From an uncultured archaeon (GTDB lineage: Archaea > Thermoproteota > Bathyarchaeia > TCS64): a DNA stretch of 64,000 nt. The stretch is taken from positions 21,327 through 85,326 of the forward strand of contig CALIUM010000002.1 of NCBI GenBank assembly GCA_938048735.1, given 5' to 3'. Of the stretch, positions 27,593 to 36,744 are shown piece by piece. A program made the position numbers and the translations under genes. Position 1 is the stretch's first letter. The number at the start of each line of letters is the position of its first letter. The notes beneath the pieces are model-generated. The model searched no databases. It saw nothing but the letters and a program-made list of their open reading frames with translations, and had not been told where the DNA came from.

Positions 27593-27649
27593 CTCCCCTA
27601 GCAGAACTTGATCCACGAGCTTTTAAGTAGCCATGGAGAAGGGGGGACC

Positions 27650-27928
27650 ATGCGCGACCTCATGATCTATGTGAAGGAGATCAAGGGCTCATGCGACATA
27701 ATGAAGGTGGGCTACTACTGCATAGTTAGGGGGAGCAGACTCTCAATCCCAGAAGGCCCCTATTCTGCTTCTACGCCATCCAGAGCATCCAGCCCCTTAA
27801 ACCCGTGAAGCAGAGGAGGATAGAGGAGCCTGAGTACTGGCTCCCAAGGACCTGGAGGTTGAATGCCCCGACCCGAAGGGCCAGGGATCCTCTGTATAAA
27901 GCCGTTCGAACCTCGTGAGGAAGGCTGA
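27650..27928 (+). pseudogene. TIGR04076-like small protein with three frame disruptions
   Basis: MRDLMIYVKEIKGSCDIMKVGYYCIVRGSRLSIPEGP | FCFYAIQSIQPLKPVKQRRIEEPEYWLP | KDLEVECPDPKG | PGILCIKPFEPREEG* is recovered only by shifting frame at about 27761-27764, 27843-27845 and 27881-27882. Confidence 0.55.
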
Positions 27929-28204
27929 ATTGGGATCCAAAACTCCCTTAACTCTGAGGGAAACCTCAGGAGACCTGAAGAATATATGAAAAAGGCGGGG
28001 AGATTAAAGAAACCAACCCAAACTTCCCATAGCATGTTTAGGTCAGGTGGAGCTGTCCGATACGATTAAATATGTCGTGAGGTGCTATCCTTTGCCAATG
28101 GTGGTTGAGGTGCTCCAATTCCAATATCTCAGAGCCAGATAGAGGACCTCAGGAGGCTCCTCCTCAGAACCCTTAACGAGAACCAGATTCTAATATTATC
28201 CCAG

Positions 28205-29194
28205 GTGGAGGTTAACTCTGGGCGGATAACCCCACTTCTCAGCGATGTATCTGAGAGGAACGGGAAGCCCTTATCCACCCTGAAGCTCAACGCCAAGATA
28301 CTTAGGGAACTCAACCTCATTAGGTATAGAGAGGATTCTGGAGGAGTAGAGCTCTCTGAGCTGGGGAGGTTCGTCCTAGACCTCCTCAAGGAGGATTATG
28401 TCAGGGAGCCTGAAAGGAGGGCGGGAGACCCCACCTCCAGGATCCCCCTGGGAGAGCTGACTAGGAGGATCGGGGCCCTCAGGAGGCGCGTTCTGAGGAT
28501 GGTGGAGGAGGCGGGGTCAGGCCACCTCTCCTCATCCCTCTCCTCCCTGACCATCATAGCGACCCTATACCTCGCCAAGATGAGGCACGACCCCAAGAAC
28601 CCGGGGTGGGAGCTCAGAGACAGGTTCCTGCTGGGGAAGGGCCACGCTGCACCCGCCCTCTACGCCGTTCTGGCAGAGTGCGGATACCTTCCCGAGGGGG
28701 AGCTATCTAGGCTGGGATGCCTAGGAGGGCTGCTCCAGGGGCACCCCGAGGCGTCCATCCCGGGCGTCGACTCTGCCTCAGGCTCCCTCGGCCAGTGCCT
28801 CTCCATCGCCAACGGGATGGCCCTCTCGGGGAAGATGAGGGGGATGGACTACAGGGTCTATGTGCTACTGGGGGATGGGGAGCTAGAAGAGGGGCAGGTC
28901 TGGGAGGCCGCGATGAGCAGCGCGAAGCATCGCCTCGATAACCTGACAGCCATCGTGGACAGGAACGGCCTCCAGCTGACAGGCCCTACGGAGGCCGTGA
29001 AGCCCCTAGAGCCCCTCGCGGATAAGTGGAGGGCCTTCGGCTGGAAGGTCCTAGAGGCGGATGGAGAGGATCCCAGGGATATCCTTCTGGCCCTACAGGA
29101 GGCGGAGGCCGTTAAGGGGAGGCCCACGGTCATCATCGCCTCCACTGTAAGGGCCGGTTCGTCAAGCCGAAAGGGGTGGAGAAGGGGCCTTTGA
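28205..29194 (+). CDS. tkt: transketolase N-terminal (TPP-binding) subunit with an N-terminal winged-helix-like extension
   Basis: 329-aa ORF from a GTG. TKT core …EAGSGHLSSSLSSLTIIATLY…RDRFLLGKGHAAPALYA…GSLGQCLSIANGMA…LLGDGELEEGQVWEA…. It is preceded by about 75-95 aa reading as wHTH (…NSGRITPLLSDVSERNGKPLSTLKLNAKILRELNLIRYREDSGGVELSELGRFV…). Similarity continues upstream to about 28109. Confidence 0.85.
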   Translation: MEVNSGRITPLLSDVSERNGKPLSTLKLNAKILRELNLIRYREDSGGVELSELGRFVLDLLKEDYVREPERRAGDPTSRIPLGELTRRIGALRRRVLRMVEEAGSGHLSSSLSSLTIIATLYLAKMRHDPKNPGWELRDRFLLGKGHAAPALYAVLAECGYLPEGELSRLGCLGGLLQGHPEASIPGVDSASGSLGQCLSIANGMALSGKMRGMDYRVYVLLGDGELEEGQVWEAAMSSAKHRLDNLTAIVDRNGLQLTGPTEAVKPLEPLADKWRAFGWKVLEADGEDPRDILLALQEAEAVKGRPTVIIASTVRAGSSSRKGWRRGL

Positions 29195-30117
29195 GGGAGG
29201 ATTTCGGGAAGGCCCTAGTCACCTTGGGGATGGAGCTGGAGGAGCTCGTGGTCCTGGACCCCGATGTCTCTACGTCTACCAGGACATGCTACTTCGCTGA
29301 GAGGTTCCCGGATAGGTTCCTGAACGTGGGGATAAGCGAGCAGGATATGATAGGTATGGCTGCGGGACTTGCCTCAACTGGGATGCTCCCCATCGCGACG
29401 GGGTTCGCGGTCTTCGTGGTGGGAAGGGGATGGGAGCAGATCAGGAACACCGTCGCCCGCCAGAAGCTCAACGTTAAGATAGCCGTGACCCACTCAGGCC
29501 TCTCAGATCATGGAGACGGCCCATCCCACCAGTCTGTGGAGGATGTGGCCCTCATGAGGGCGATCCCAAATATGACGGTCGTGGTCCCGGCTGATGGCCC
29601 GTCAGCCGCCGAGGCCCTGAGGGCCTCGGCCTACCACAGGGGCCCCGTATACATGAGGCTGGGGAGGGAGGGGGCTCCAAGGGTTTACCTCGAGGGGGCC
29701 GAGCTCAGCCTGGGAGCCGCCAACCTCATTAGGGAGGGCTCCGATGCCACCATCATCGCGAACGGGATAATGGTATCCATGGCCCTAGAGGCCGCCGAGC
29801 TCCTGGCAGAGGAGGGCCTCGACGTGAGGGTGATAGACATGCACACCGTCAAGCCCCTCGATCTTGGTTGTCTGGAGAGGGCTGCTAGGGAGACGGGGGC
29901 CATAGTGACAGCGGAGGAGCACAGCGTCATAGGGGGGCTGGGAGGAGCCGTATCAGAGGCCCTGGCGGAGCTGAGGCCCACGGCCATGAGGCGGATAGGC
30001 GTCGGAGACAGCTTCGGAACATCCAGCAGGACGTACTGGGAGCTCCTTGAGGCCTATGGCTTAACCCCGAAGGCCATAGCGGATGCGACCCGCTCCACCG
30101 TGGGGAGAAGGATATGA
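29176..30117 (+). CDS. tkt: transketolase C-terminal (pyrimidine-binding) subunit
   Basis: 313 aa with a GTG start. …[12 protein letters not shown]…[13 protein letters not shown]…[19 protein letters not shown]…[28 protein letters not shown]…. Confidence 0.9.
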   Translation: MEKGPLREDFGKALVTLGMELEELVVLDPDVSTSTRTCYFAERFPDRFLNVGISEQDMIGMAAGLASTGMLPIATGFAVFVVGRGWEQIRNTVARQKLNVKIAVTHSGLSDHGDGPSHQSVEDVALMRAIPNMTVVVPADGPSAAEALRASAYHRGPVYMRLGREGAPRVYLEGAELSLGAANLIREGSDATIIANGIMVSMALEAAELLAEEGLDVRVIDMHTVKPLDLGCLERAARETGAIVTAEEHSVIGGLGGAVSEALAELRPTAMRRIGVGDSFGTSSRTYWELLEAYGLTPKAIADATRSTVGRRI

Positions 30118-30962
30118 CTAGGGGCGAGCTTACCGACACCCTCTCAACCAAGATCAGGCTAGCCCTGAGGGGGGAGGGGGATAATGGGACCACAGTCAGG
30201 GTCTGTGGAGTCGAGATAGGGGGTGAGAGGATAATCGTGGCCGCAGGCCCATGCTCTGTGGAGACGAGGGATCAGACCCTGAGGGCAGCCAGGGAGGTCA
30301 AGGAGGCGGGGGCCTCTATGCTCAGGGGTGGGGCATTCAAGCCCAGGACATCCCCATACTCCTTCCAGGGGCTGGGAGAGGAGGGGTTGAAGATTCTGGC
30401 GGAGGCGAGGAGCATAACCGGCCTGCCCATTGTCACAGAGGTCCTCTCGCCAGAGGATGTTGAGCTCGTCGGGAGATATGCCGACATGCTCCAGATAGGG
30501 GCGAGGAACATGCAGAACTATCCACTTCTGAAGAGGGTTGGGAAGACAAGAACCCCGATCCTCCTCAAGAGGGGGTTCTCCTCAACGATTGAGGAGTGGC
30601 TAAGCTCTGCGGAGTACATCCTCAAGGAGGGGAACAGGTCAGTGGTCCTATGCGAGAGGGGTATAAGGACCTTCGAGACATCGACCAGATTCACCCTAGA
30701 CCTCTCAGCCATCCCCATCCTGAAGGAGGTGACTCCCCTCCCAGTGATGGTGGACCCAAGCCATGGGACTGGCAGGAGGGAGCTGGTCCACCCCATGTCG
30801 AGGGCAGCCATCGCAGCCGGAGCCGACGGCCTACTGGTGGAGGTACATCCCGAGCCTGAGAAGGCCCTCAGCGACGGCAGCCAATCCCTAGATCCCGAGA
30901 GTTTCAGGTCCCTAATCAAGGGATTGAGGCCCATAGCCCAGGCCTTGGGGAGATACCTTTAG
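30114..30962 (+). CDS. aroF: 3-deoxy-7-phosphoheptulonate (DAHP) synthase, type I-beta
   Basis: 282 aa. …[15 protein letters not shown]…[24 protein letters not shown]…[10 protein letters not shown]…[10 protein letters not shown]…. ATGA start/stop overlap with tkt. Confidence 0.9.
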   Translation: MTRGELTDTLSTKIRLALRGEGDNGTTVRVCGVEIGGERIIVAAGPCSVETRDQTLRAAREVKEAGASMLRGGAFKPRTSPYSFQGLGEEGLKILAEARSITGLPIVTEVLSPEDVELVGRYADMLQIGARNMQNYPLLKRVGKTRTPILLKRGFSSTIEEWLSSAEYILKEGNRSVVLCERGIRTFETSTRFTLDLSAIPILKEVTPLPVMVDPSHGTGRRELVHPMSRAAIAAGADGLLVEVHPEPEKALSDGSQSLDPESFRSLIKGLRPIAQALGRYL

Positions 30963-30973
30963 AGGGGTGAGAC

Positions 30974-32068
30974 ATGGAGGGCCTCAGGATCGTTGATGTG
31001 AACCTCGGGGAGAGGAGCTATAGGGCATACATCTCAGAGGGGCTCATCTGGAGGGCCGGGGAGCTCCTCGCGAAGAGCCTAACAGGCCTCACCAGATGCG
31101 CCGTCATCGCCAGTAAGCCGGTTCAAGGCCTCTTCGGAGGCCCAATAGCCAAAAGCCTTGAGGAGGCGGGAATAGGGTTCGACTTCATACTCGTCCCAGA
31201 CGGTGAGAGAGCGAAAACTTGGGAGGAGGCTGGAAGGATCCTTGGGCTCCTTGTGGACCTAAGCCTGGACAGGGGCTCCGCGGTCATCGCTCTGGGCGGC
31301 GGAACCATAGGGGACCTCTCAGCCTTCGTCTCCTCCATCTACCTCAGGGGGGTGAGGCATGTTCAGGTCCCAACAACCCTCCTATCCCAGGTCGATAGCT
31401 GCATAGGTGGGAAGGCAGCGGTCAACCACCCCAAAGGGAAGAACCTCATCGGGGCCTTCCACCAGCCAAGCCTAACCTTGGTGGACCCCACCCTCCTAGA
31501 GACCCTCCCAGGGGAGGAGTTCAAGTCGGGTCTAGGGGAGGCAGTGAAGTATGGGGTGGTGGCCGATGGAGTTCTATTTAAGGCCATGGAGGCCTCCCCC
31601 CGAGACCTGCTGGAGAGGAGGAGGCCCCTCCTCATGGAGGTGATCTACCGGTGCCTATCCATCAAGGCCAGGATAGTCGAGCTCGACGAGAGGGACACAA
31701 AGGGGCATAGGGCCATCCTCAACTATGGCCACACGGTCGGCCACGCGGTCGAGCACCTCACGGGGATGAGGCATGGTGAGGCGGTAGCCCTGGGGATGGA
31801 GGTTGAGGCAGGGATCTCGAGGAGGATGGGCATAATGTCCATGGAGGATGAGGAGAGGCTCCTTAGGCTGCTGGATGTACTGGGACTTAGAAGGCCCCCT
31901 CCAAGACTGGATCCGATGGCTTTGATGGAGGTTATGAGAAGGGACAAGAAAGCGGAGGGTGGCTCTTTGAGGATGGTTCTACCAACGGGAATAGGGAGCC
32001 CTCCAAGCCTGATGAAGGTTCCAGGGGGGGAGGTCATCCAACAGCTGGAGGCCCATTTCCATGGCTAG
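30974..32068 (+). CDS. aroB: 3-dehydroquinate synthase
   Basis: 364 aa. …ALGGGTIGDLSAFVSSIYLRGVRHVQVPTTLLSQVDSCIGGKAAVNHP.GKNLIGAFHQP…NYGHTVGHAVE…. Confidence 0.92.
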   Translation: MEGLRIVDVNLGERSYRAYISEGLIWRAGELLAKSLTGLTRCAVIASKPVQGLFGGPIAKSLEEAGIGFDFILVPDGERAKTWEEAGRILGLLVDLSLDRGSAVIALGGGTIGDLSAFVSSIYLRGVRHVQVPTTLLSQVDSCIGGKAAVNHPKGKNLIGAFHQPSLTLVDPTLLETLPGEEFKSGLGEAVKYGVVADGVLFKAMEASPRDLLERRRPLLMEVIYRCLSIKARIVELDERDTKGHRAILNYGHTVGHAVEHLTGMRHGEAVALGMEVEAGISRRMGIMSMEDEERLLRLLDVLGLRRPPPRLDPMALMEVMRRDKKAEGGSLRMVLPTGIGSPPSLMKVPGGEVIQQLEAHFHG

Positions 32069-32744
32069 GATCTGCGCCTCCATAGCCTCCCCCACCCTGA
32101 GCGGAGTGCTATGGTCCATGGCCCAGCTGGAGGAACATAGACCAGACCTCGTCGAGGTGAGGCTGGACTACATGGAGGGGATAGAGGGGCTTGACGAGAT
32201 AAGGGCAGCCACCCATTACCCATTGATCGCCACATGCCGCCTCCCCCATCAGGGAGGCCATTACAGGGGCTCCGAGAGGGAGAGGATTGAGACCCTAAGA
32301 GAGGCGTGCAGGGAGGGGTTCGAATACATCGACATAGAGATCTCGACGCCGGGGGTGGAGGACATAGTCAGGGAGCTGAGGGGATGGGGGGTGAACCTCA
32401 TAGTCTCATACCACGACCTGGAGGGGACACCCCCGGAGAAGGCCCTCACGAGGATCCTGGAGAAGGGACTGAGCCTCAGGCCAGAGGTTCTGAAGATCAT
32501 AGGCATGGCCAGGAATTATGGGGATAACTACGTGTACCTGCGGATAGTCTCGGAGAATAGGGACTTGGGCCTGGTCAGCTTCGGCATGGGGAGGCCTGGG
32601 ATACCCTCTCGAGTCCTCTCCCCCCTCATGGGTGGATCCTTCACCTACGCCTCGGCAATTGAGGGGATGAGTTGCGCCCCTGGGCAGATCTCGATTGCCA
32701 CCCTGAGGGAGATCTACCGCCTCATGGGGGTCTCTATTGGTTAA
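32061..32744 (+). CDS. aroD: 3-dehydroquinate dehydratase, type I
   Basis: 227 aa. …DLVEVRLDYM…LIATCR…EYIDIE…SYHD…LKIIGMA… (catalytic Lys context). Overlaps the aroB stop. Confidence 0.85.
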   Translation: MARICASIASPTLSGVLWSMAQLEEHRPDLVEVRLDYMEGIEGLDEIRAATHYPLIATCRLPHQGGHYRGSERERIETLREACREGFEYIDIEISTPGVEDIVRELRGWGVNLIVSYHDLEGTPPEKALTRILEKGLSLRPEVLKIIGMARNYGDNYVYLRIVSENRDLGLVSFGMGRPGIPSRVLSPLMGGSFTYASAIEGMSCAPGQISIATLREIYRLMGVSIG

Positions 32745-33591
32745 GCTCTGCTATCTTCTGGGCTACCCCCTAGAGCACTCGGTGAGTGGGGTGATGCACA
32801 ACGCGGCCTTCAGAGAACTCTCCCTGGGATACAGGTTTGAATCCCTCCCCCTCCCCCCGAGCGCCCTGGAGAAGTGCCTGAAGACCGAGCTGAGGCGTAA
32901 ATGGGTTAGAGGCGCCAGCGTCACCATCCCCCATAAGATGAGGGTGCTCAGGCACCTAGACGAGGTGGATCCCCTAGCCATGAGGATCGGGGCCATCAAC
33001 ACCATCGTGAATAACAGGGGGAGACTGAAGGGCTACAACACGGATGGAGAAGGGGCGATGAGGAGCCTCGAGGAGGCCTTCGGCAACCTTAAGGGGGTGA
33101 GGGCAGTGGTTTTAGGGGCAGGCGGGGCCTCAAGGGCGATCTCCTACCACCTATCCAAGGTGGCCGAGGAGCTCGTGATAATCAATAGGACATATGAGAA
33201 CGCCCTAAACATCGTCGAGGCATTAAAGGGATACCCAGAGTGCAGGGCCTCCCTCTCGGCCAAGCCACTGAACAGGGCCTCCCTCATGGAGGCCCTCGGG
33301 AACTCAGAGCTTTTGGTGAACGCGACCCCGGTCGGAATGTGGCCGAGGATAAGCGAGACGCCCGTCGACGCGGGCCTCCTGGGGCCGAGGCTGATGGTCT
33401 TCGACATCGTCTATAACCCCCCCAGAACCAGGCTCCTGGAGATGGCGGAGGCCGCAGGGGCTAAAACCCTGAACGGGCTGGGGATGCTCATATACCAGGG
33501 GGCTGAGGCCTTCAGGCTCTGGACCGGGAGGGAGGCGCCGATAGAGGTGATGAGGAGGGCAGTTGAGGAGGCCCTGGGGATCCAGACATGA
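32737..33591 (+). CDS. aroE: shikimate 5-dehydrogenase
   Basis: 284 aa with a TTG start. …GYPLEHSVSGVMHNAAF…GASVTIPHK…INTIVN…GYNTDGEG…VLGAGGASRAI…. Confidence 0.9.
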   Translation: MVKLCYLLGYPLEHSVSGVMHNAAFRELSLGYRFESLPLPPSALEKCLKTELRRKWVRGASVTIPHKMRVLRHLDEVDPLAMRIGAINTIVNNRGRLKGYNTDGEGAMRSLEEAFGNLKGVRAVVLGAGGASRAISYHLSKVAEELVIINRTYENALNIVEALKGYPECRASLSAKPLNRASLMEALGNSELLVNATPVGMWPRISETPVDAGLLGPRLMVFDIVYNPPRTRLLEMAEAAGAKTLNGLGMLIYQGAEAFRLWTGREAPIEVMRRAVEEALGIQT

Positions 33592-34109
33592 ACCTCGCCA
33601 TAGTGGGCTTCATGGGGGTCGGGAAGACGGAGGTAGGCCGGATCCTGGCGGAGAGGCTGGGCCTCACCTTCGTCGACCTGGACTCTGAGGTGGAGGGGCT
33701 GGCTGGGAAGCCCATACCATCCATCTTCGAGGAGGATGGGGAGCCGGCCTTCAGGGTGCTCGAGAGGAGGATGGTGGAGGAGTTCTCATCCCGCCACGGG
33801 CAGGTGATCTCCTGCGGAGGGGGGACCATCCTCGACCCGGAAAACCTTAGGAACCTGAAGAGGAGCTCCATCATAATTCTCCTGACGGCGAGACCCGAGG
33901 TCTTAGTGGAGAGGCTTAGAGGGATGGAAGACTCCAGGCCACTCCTCAGAGGCCACAACCTGGAGGAGCGGATAAGGGCTCTATACAACCAGAGGATGGA
34001 TGCCTACCTCGCATCCGCCGACATCATCATCGACACATCGACGAAGAACCCGGAGCAGGTCGCAATGGAGATAATAGGGCGGATGGGGGTGGAGAGGTGG
34101 AGCTGGTGA
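33588..34109 (+). CDS. aroK: shikimate kinase, P-loop AroK/AroL (bacterial) type
   Basis: 173 aa. MNLAIVGFMGVGKTEVGRILAERLGLTFVDLDSEVE…FRVLE…VISCGGG…. ATGA overlap with aroE. Confidence 0.85.
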   Translation: MNLAIVGFMGVGKTEVGRILAERLGLTFVDLDSEVEGLAGKPIPSIFEEDGEPAFRVLERRMVEEFSSRHGQVISCGGGTILDPENLRNLKRSSIIILLTARPEVLVERLRGMEDSRPLLRGHNLEERIRALYNQRMDAYLASADIIIDTSTKNPEQVAMEIIGRMGVERWSW

Positions 34110-35359
34110 TATCGAGGGGGATGGTGGATGGGAGGGCCAAGGCCCCATCATCGAAGAGCTACACCCATAGGGCCCTTTTCCTATCCGCCATGGCCGATGG
34201 GAGGAGCAACATTATCTCCCCCCTAAGTTCAGAAGACACTGAGGCGACGAGGGGCATCCTAGAGGAGCTTGGGGTGCCTATATGGCGAGGGAGGGACCGA
34301 TGGGAGGTGGACGGCGGCCACCTCCACCCTCCCGGCTCTGAACTCAACTGTAGGGGCTCCGCGACCACCCTTAGGCTGGGATCGGCCGTCTGCTCCCTCG
34401 CCGATGGGGAGAGCAGACTAACCGGTAGCCCCTCCCTGCTCCGGAGGCCTGTGGGGCCCCTGGTGGAGGGATTGAGACAGATGGGTGTTGAGTGCTCAGA
34501 TACCTGGGGATTTCCTCCAGTGGTGATTAAAGGGGGGAGGCCTCGAGGCGGGATGGTCAGAATGAGGGGGGACATCAGCTCCCAGTATATCTCCGCCCTC
34601 CTCCTTATAGCCCCCCTCACGCAGAGGACCACAAGGCTCATCCTGACCACCCCATTGGAGTCCAAGCCCTACGCATCCATGACGATGGAGGCCCAGAGGA
34701 GATTCGGGGTCCAGGTCAAAGCCTCAGGCGACATGAGGTTCTTCGAGGTTGAGGGGCAGGATTACAGGCCGGCGGATTTCACCGTGGAGGGGGACTGGTC
34801 TTCGGCGGCCTACCTCCTCGCCGCCGGCGCCATAGCCGGGAGGGTTAGGGTGGAGAACCTAGCCCCCAAGAGTCTCCAGGCCGACACCGCCATAGTGGGT
34901 TTCCTCCGGGAGATGGGGGCATCGGTGAGGGCCCATGAAGGGGAGGCCGAGGCCGAGGCCTCGAGCCTCGAGGGCTTCGAGGCAGATGTCTCAGACTGCC
35001 CCGACCTCTTCCCCATCCTGGTCGTCCTCGGAGCGGTGGCGAGGGGTAGGAGCCTCATCCGGGGCGTGAGGCGCCTTGAGTACAAGGAGTCGAACAGGGT
35101 CGAGGCGATGTTAGATGGCCTCAAGACCATGGGAATAGAGGCCCATAGAAGAGGAGACGAGGTCCTGGTGGTAGGGGGGAAGCCCATGGGCGGGGTGATA
35201 GACCCAAAGGGAGACCATAGAATAGCGATGGCATTCTCCATCCTAGGCCTCGTGGCGGAGGGGGAGACAATCATCCTAGACGCGGAGTGCGTCTCCAAAT
35301 CCTACCCCCTCTACTGGGAGGAGATGGAGAGCCTGGGGATGCCGATTAGGAGGGCCTGA
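34097..35359 (+). CDS. aroA: 3-phosphoshikimate 1-carboxyvinyltransferase (EPSP synthase)
   Basis: 420 aa with a GTG start. …APSSKSYTHRALFLSAMADG…LNCRGSATTLRL…LRRPVGPLVEGLRQMG…DHRIAMAFSILGL…. Confidence 0.92.
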   Translation: MELVISRGMVDGRAKAPSSKSYTHRALFLSAMADGRSNIISPLSSEDTEATRGILEELGVPIWRGRDRWEVDGGHLHPPGSELNCRGSATTLRLGSAVCSLADGESRLTGSPSLLRRPVGPLVEGLRQMGVECSDTWGFPPVVIKGGRPRGGMVRMRGDISSQYISALLLIAPLTQRTTRLILTTPLESKPYASMTMEAQRRFGVQVKASGDMRFFEVEGQDYRPADFTVEGDWSSAAYLLAAGAIAGRVRVENLAPKSLQADTAIVGFLREMGASVRAHEGEAEAEASSLEGFEADVSDCPDLFPILVVLGAVARGRSLIRGVRRLEYKESNRVEAMLDGLKTMGIEAHRRGDEVLVVGGKPMGGVIDPKGDHRIAMAFSILGLVAEGETIILDAECVSKSYPLYWEEMESLGMPIRRA

Positions 35360-35372
35360 CTTGAGCAACAGC

Positions 35373-36473
35373 ATGGGCCTACTGTTCAGGATAACCAGCT
35401 TCGGAGAGAGCCATGGGAGGTGCATAGGCGTTGTTGTGGACGGCTGCCCCGCAGGGCTGAGCCTGAAGGCCGAGGACATACAGGAGGAGCTTGATAGGAG
35501 GAGGCCCGCCCAGAGCCCCCTCACGACGGGCAGGGCGGAGGAGGATAAGGTGGAGATCCTCTCAGGGGTCTTCAGGGGATTCACCACAGGCGCTCCAATA
35601 TGCATGATCACCTGGAACAGGTCAGCCGACCCCTCAAAGTACGTGGCCTTCAGGCATAGGCCCAGGCCAGGCCACGCCGACTATCCCGCCCACGTGAAGT
35701 ACGCAGGCTTCAACGACCACAGGGGAGGGGGGAGATTCTCGGGCAGGATCACGGCGGGATATGTCATGGCGGGAGCCCTAGCCAAGAAGCTCCTCCGCGA
35801 GCAGCTGGGCTTAGAGGTTCTGGCATACACTGTTGAGATAGGGGGAATAAGGGCCCGGGAGCTGACCGTGGAGGAGATAAGGAGAAACGTTGAGGAAAGC
35901 CCGGTGAGATGCCCCGACCTCGACGCCTCCAAGAGGATGGAGGAGGAGGTCAAGAGGGCGGAGGCGGAGGGGGATAGCTTAGGCGGATTGGTCGAATGCG
36001 TCGCGTTGAACCCCCCAATCGGCCTAGGGGAGCCGGTCTTCGACACCTTGGAGGGGGAGATCTCCAAGGCGCTATACTCCATACCTGGGGTAAAGGCCGT
36101 GGAGTTCGGCCTAGGATTGGAGGCCTCAAGGGTAAGAGGATCCCAGAACAATGACGGGTATAGGCTTTCGGGTGGAAGGGTTGTCTGTGAGACCAATAGA
36201 GCGGGAGGGATCCTGGGCGGAATGAGCAATGGCATGCCAATAATATGCAGGGCCGCCTTCAAGCCCACCCCATCGATTAGGAAGCCCCAGAAGACAGTTG
36301 ACCTCTCATCAATGGAGGAGGTCACTCTGGAGGTGGGAGGCCTCCACGACCCCTGCATAGTGCCGAGGGCGGTTCCCGTGGTCGAGGCCATGGTCGCAGT
36401 CGTCTTGGTGGACCAAGCCCTGAGATCCGCCCTCATCCCAAGGGTGTTGGGGGTGAGAGGGGATGGATGGTGA
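35373..36473 (+). CDS. aroC: chorismate synthase
   Basis: MGLLFRITSFGESHGRCIGVVVDGCPAG…RPGHADY…GGGRFSGR…. ATG 35373 preferred over the tracked TTG 35361. Confidence 0.9.
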   Translation: MGLLFRITSFGESHGRCIGVVVDGCPAGLSLKAEDIQEELDRRRPAQSPLTTGRAEEDKVEILSGVFRGFTTGAPICMITWNRSADPSKYVAFRHRPRPGHADYPAHVKYAGFNDHRGGGRFSGRITAGYVMAGALAKKLLREQLGLEVLAYTVEIGGIRARELTVEEIRRNVEESPVRCPDLDASKRMEEEVKRAEAEGDSLGGLVECVALNPPIGLGEPVFDTLEGEISKALYSIPGVKAVEFGLGLEASRVRGSQNNDGYRLSGGRVVCETNRAGGILGGMSNGMPIICRAAFKPTPSIRKPQKTVDLSSMEEVTLEVGGLHDPCIVPRAVPVVEAMVAVVLVDQALRSALIPRVLGVRGDGW

Positions 36474-36744
36474 GAAGGAGCTAGAGGGCTTGAGGCTGGA
36501 GATCGATAGGCTGAACGAGGAGATATTGATGAGGCTGGCGGAGAGGGTGGCCATCTCCATGAGGATCGGGGAGATAAAGAGGAGAATTGGAAGGCAGATA
36601 GAGGACCCGGAGAGGGAGGCGAAGGTTATCGAGAGGGTGGGAGAGCTGGCCGTAAGGCATGGAATAGATGAGGAGGGGGTGAAGAGGATATTCAGGGAGA
36701 TAATAAGGCTTTGCAGAGAGGCCCAGATGAGGGTTATAACATGA
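36463..36744 (+). CDS. chorismate mutase, AroQ class
   Basis: 93 aa. …LRLEIDRLNEEILMRLAERVAISMRIGEIKRRIGRQIEDPEREAKVIERV…. Overlaps the aroC stop. Confidence 0.85.
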   Translation: MDGEKELEGLRLEIDRLNEEILMRLAERVAISMRIGEIKRRIGRQIEDPEREAKVIERVGELAVRHGIDEEGVKRIFREIIRLCREAQMRVIT

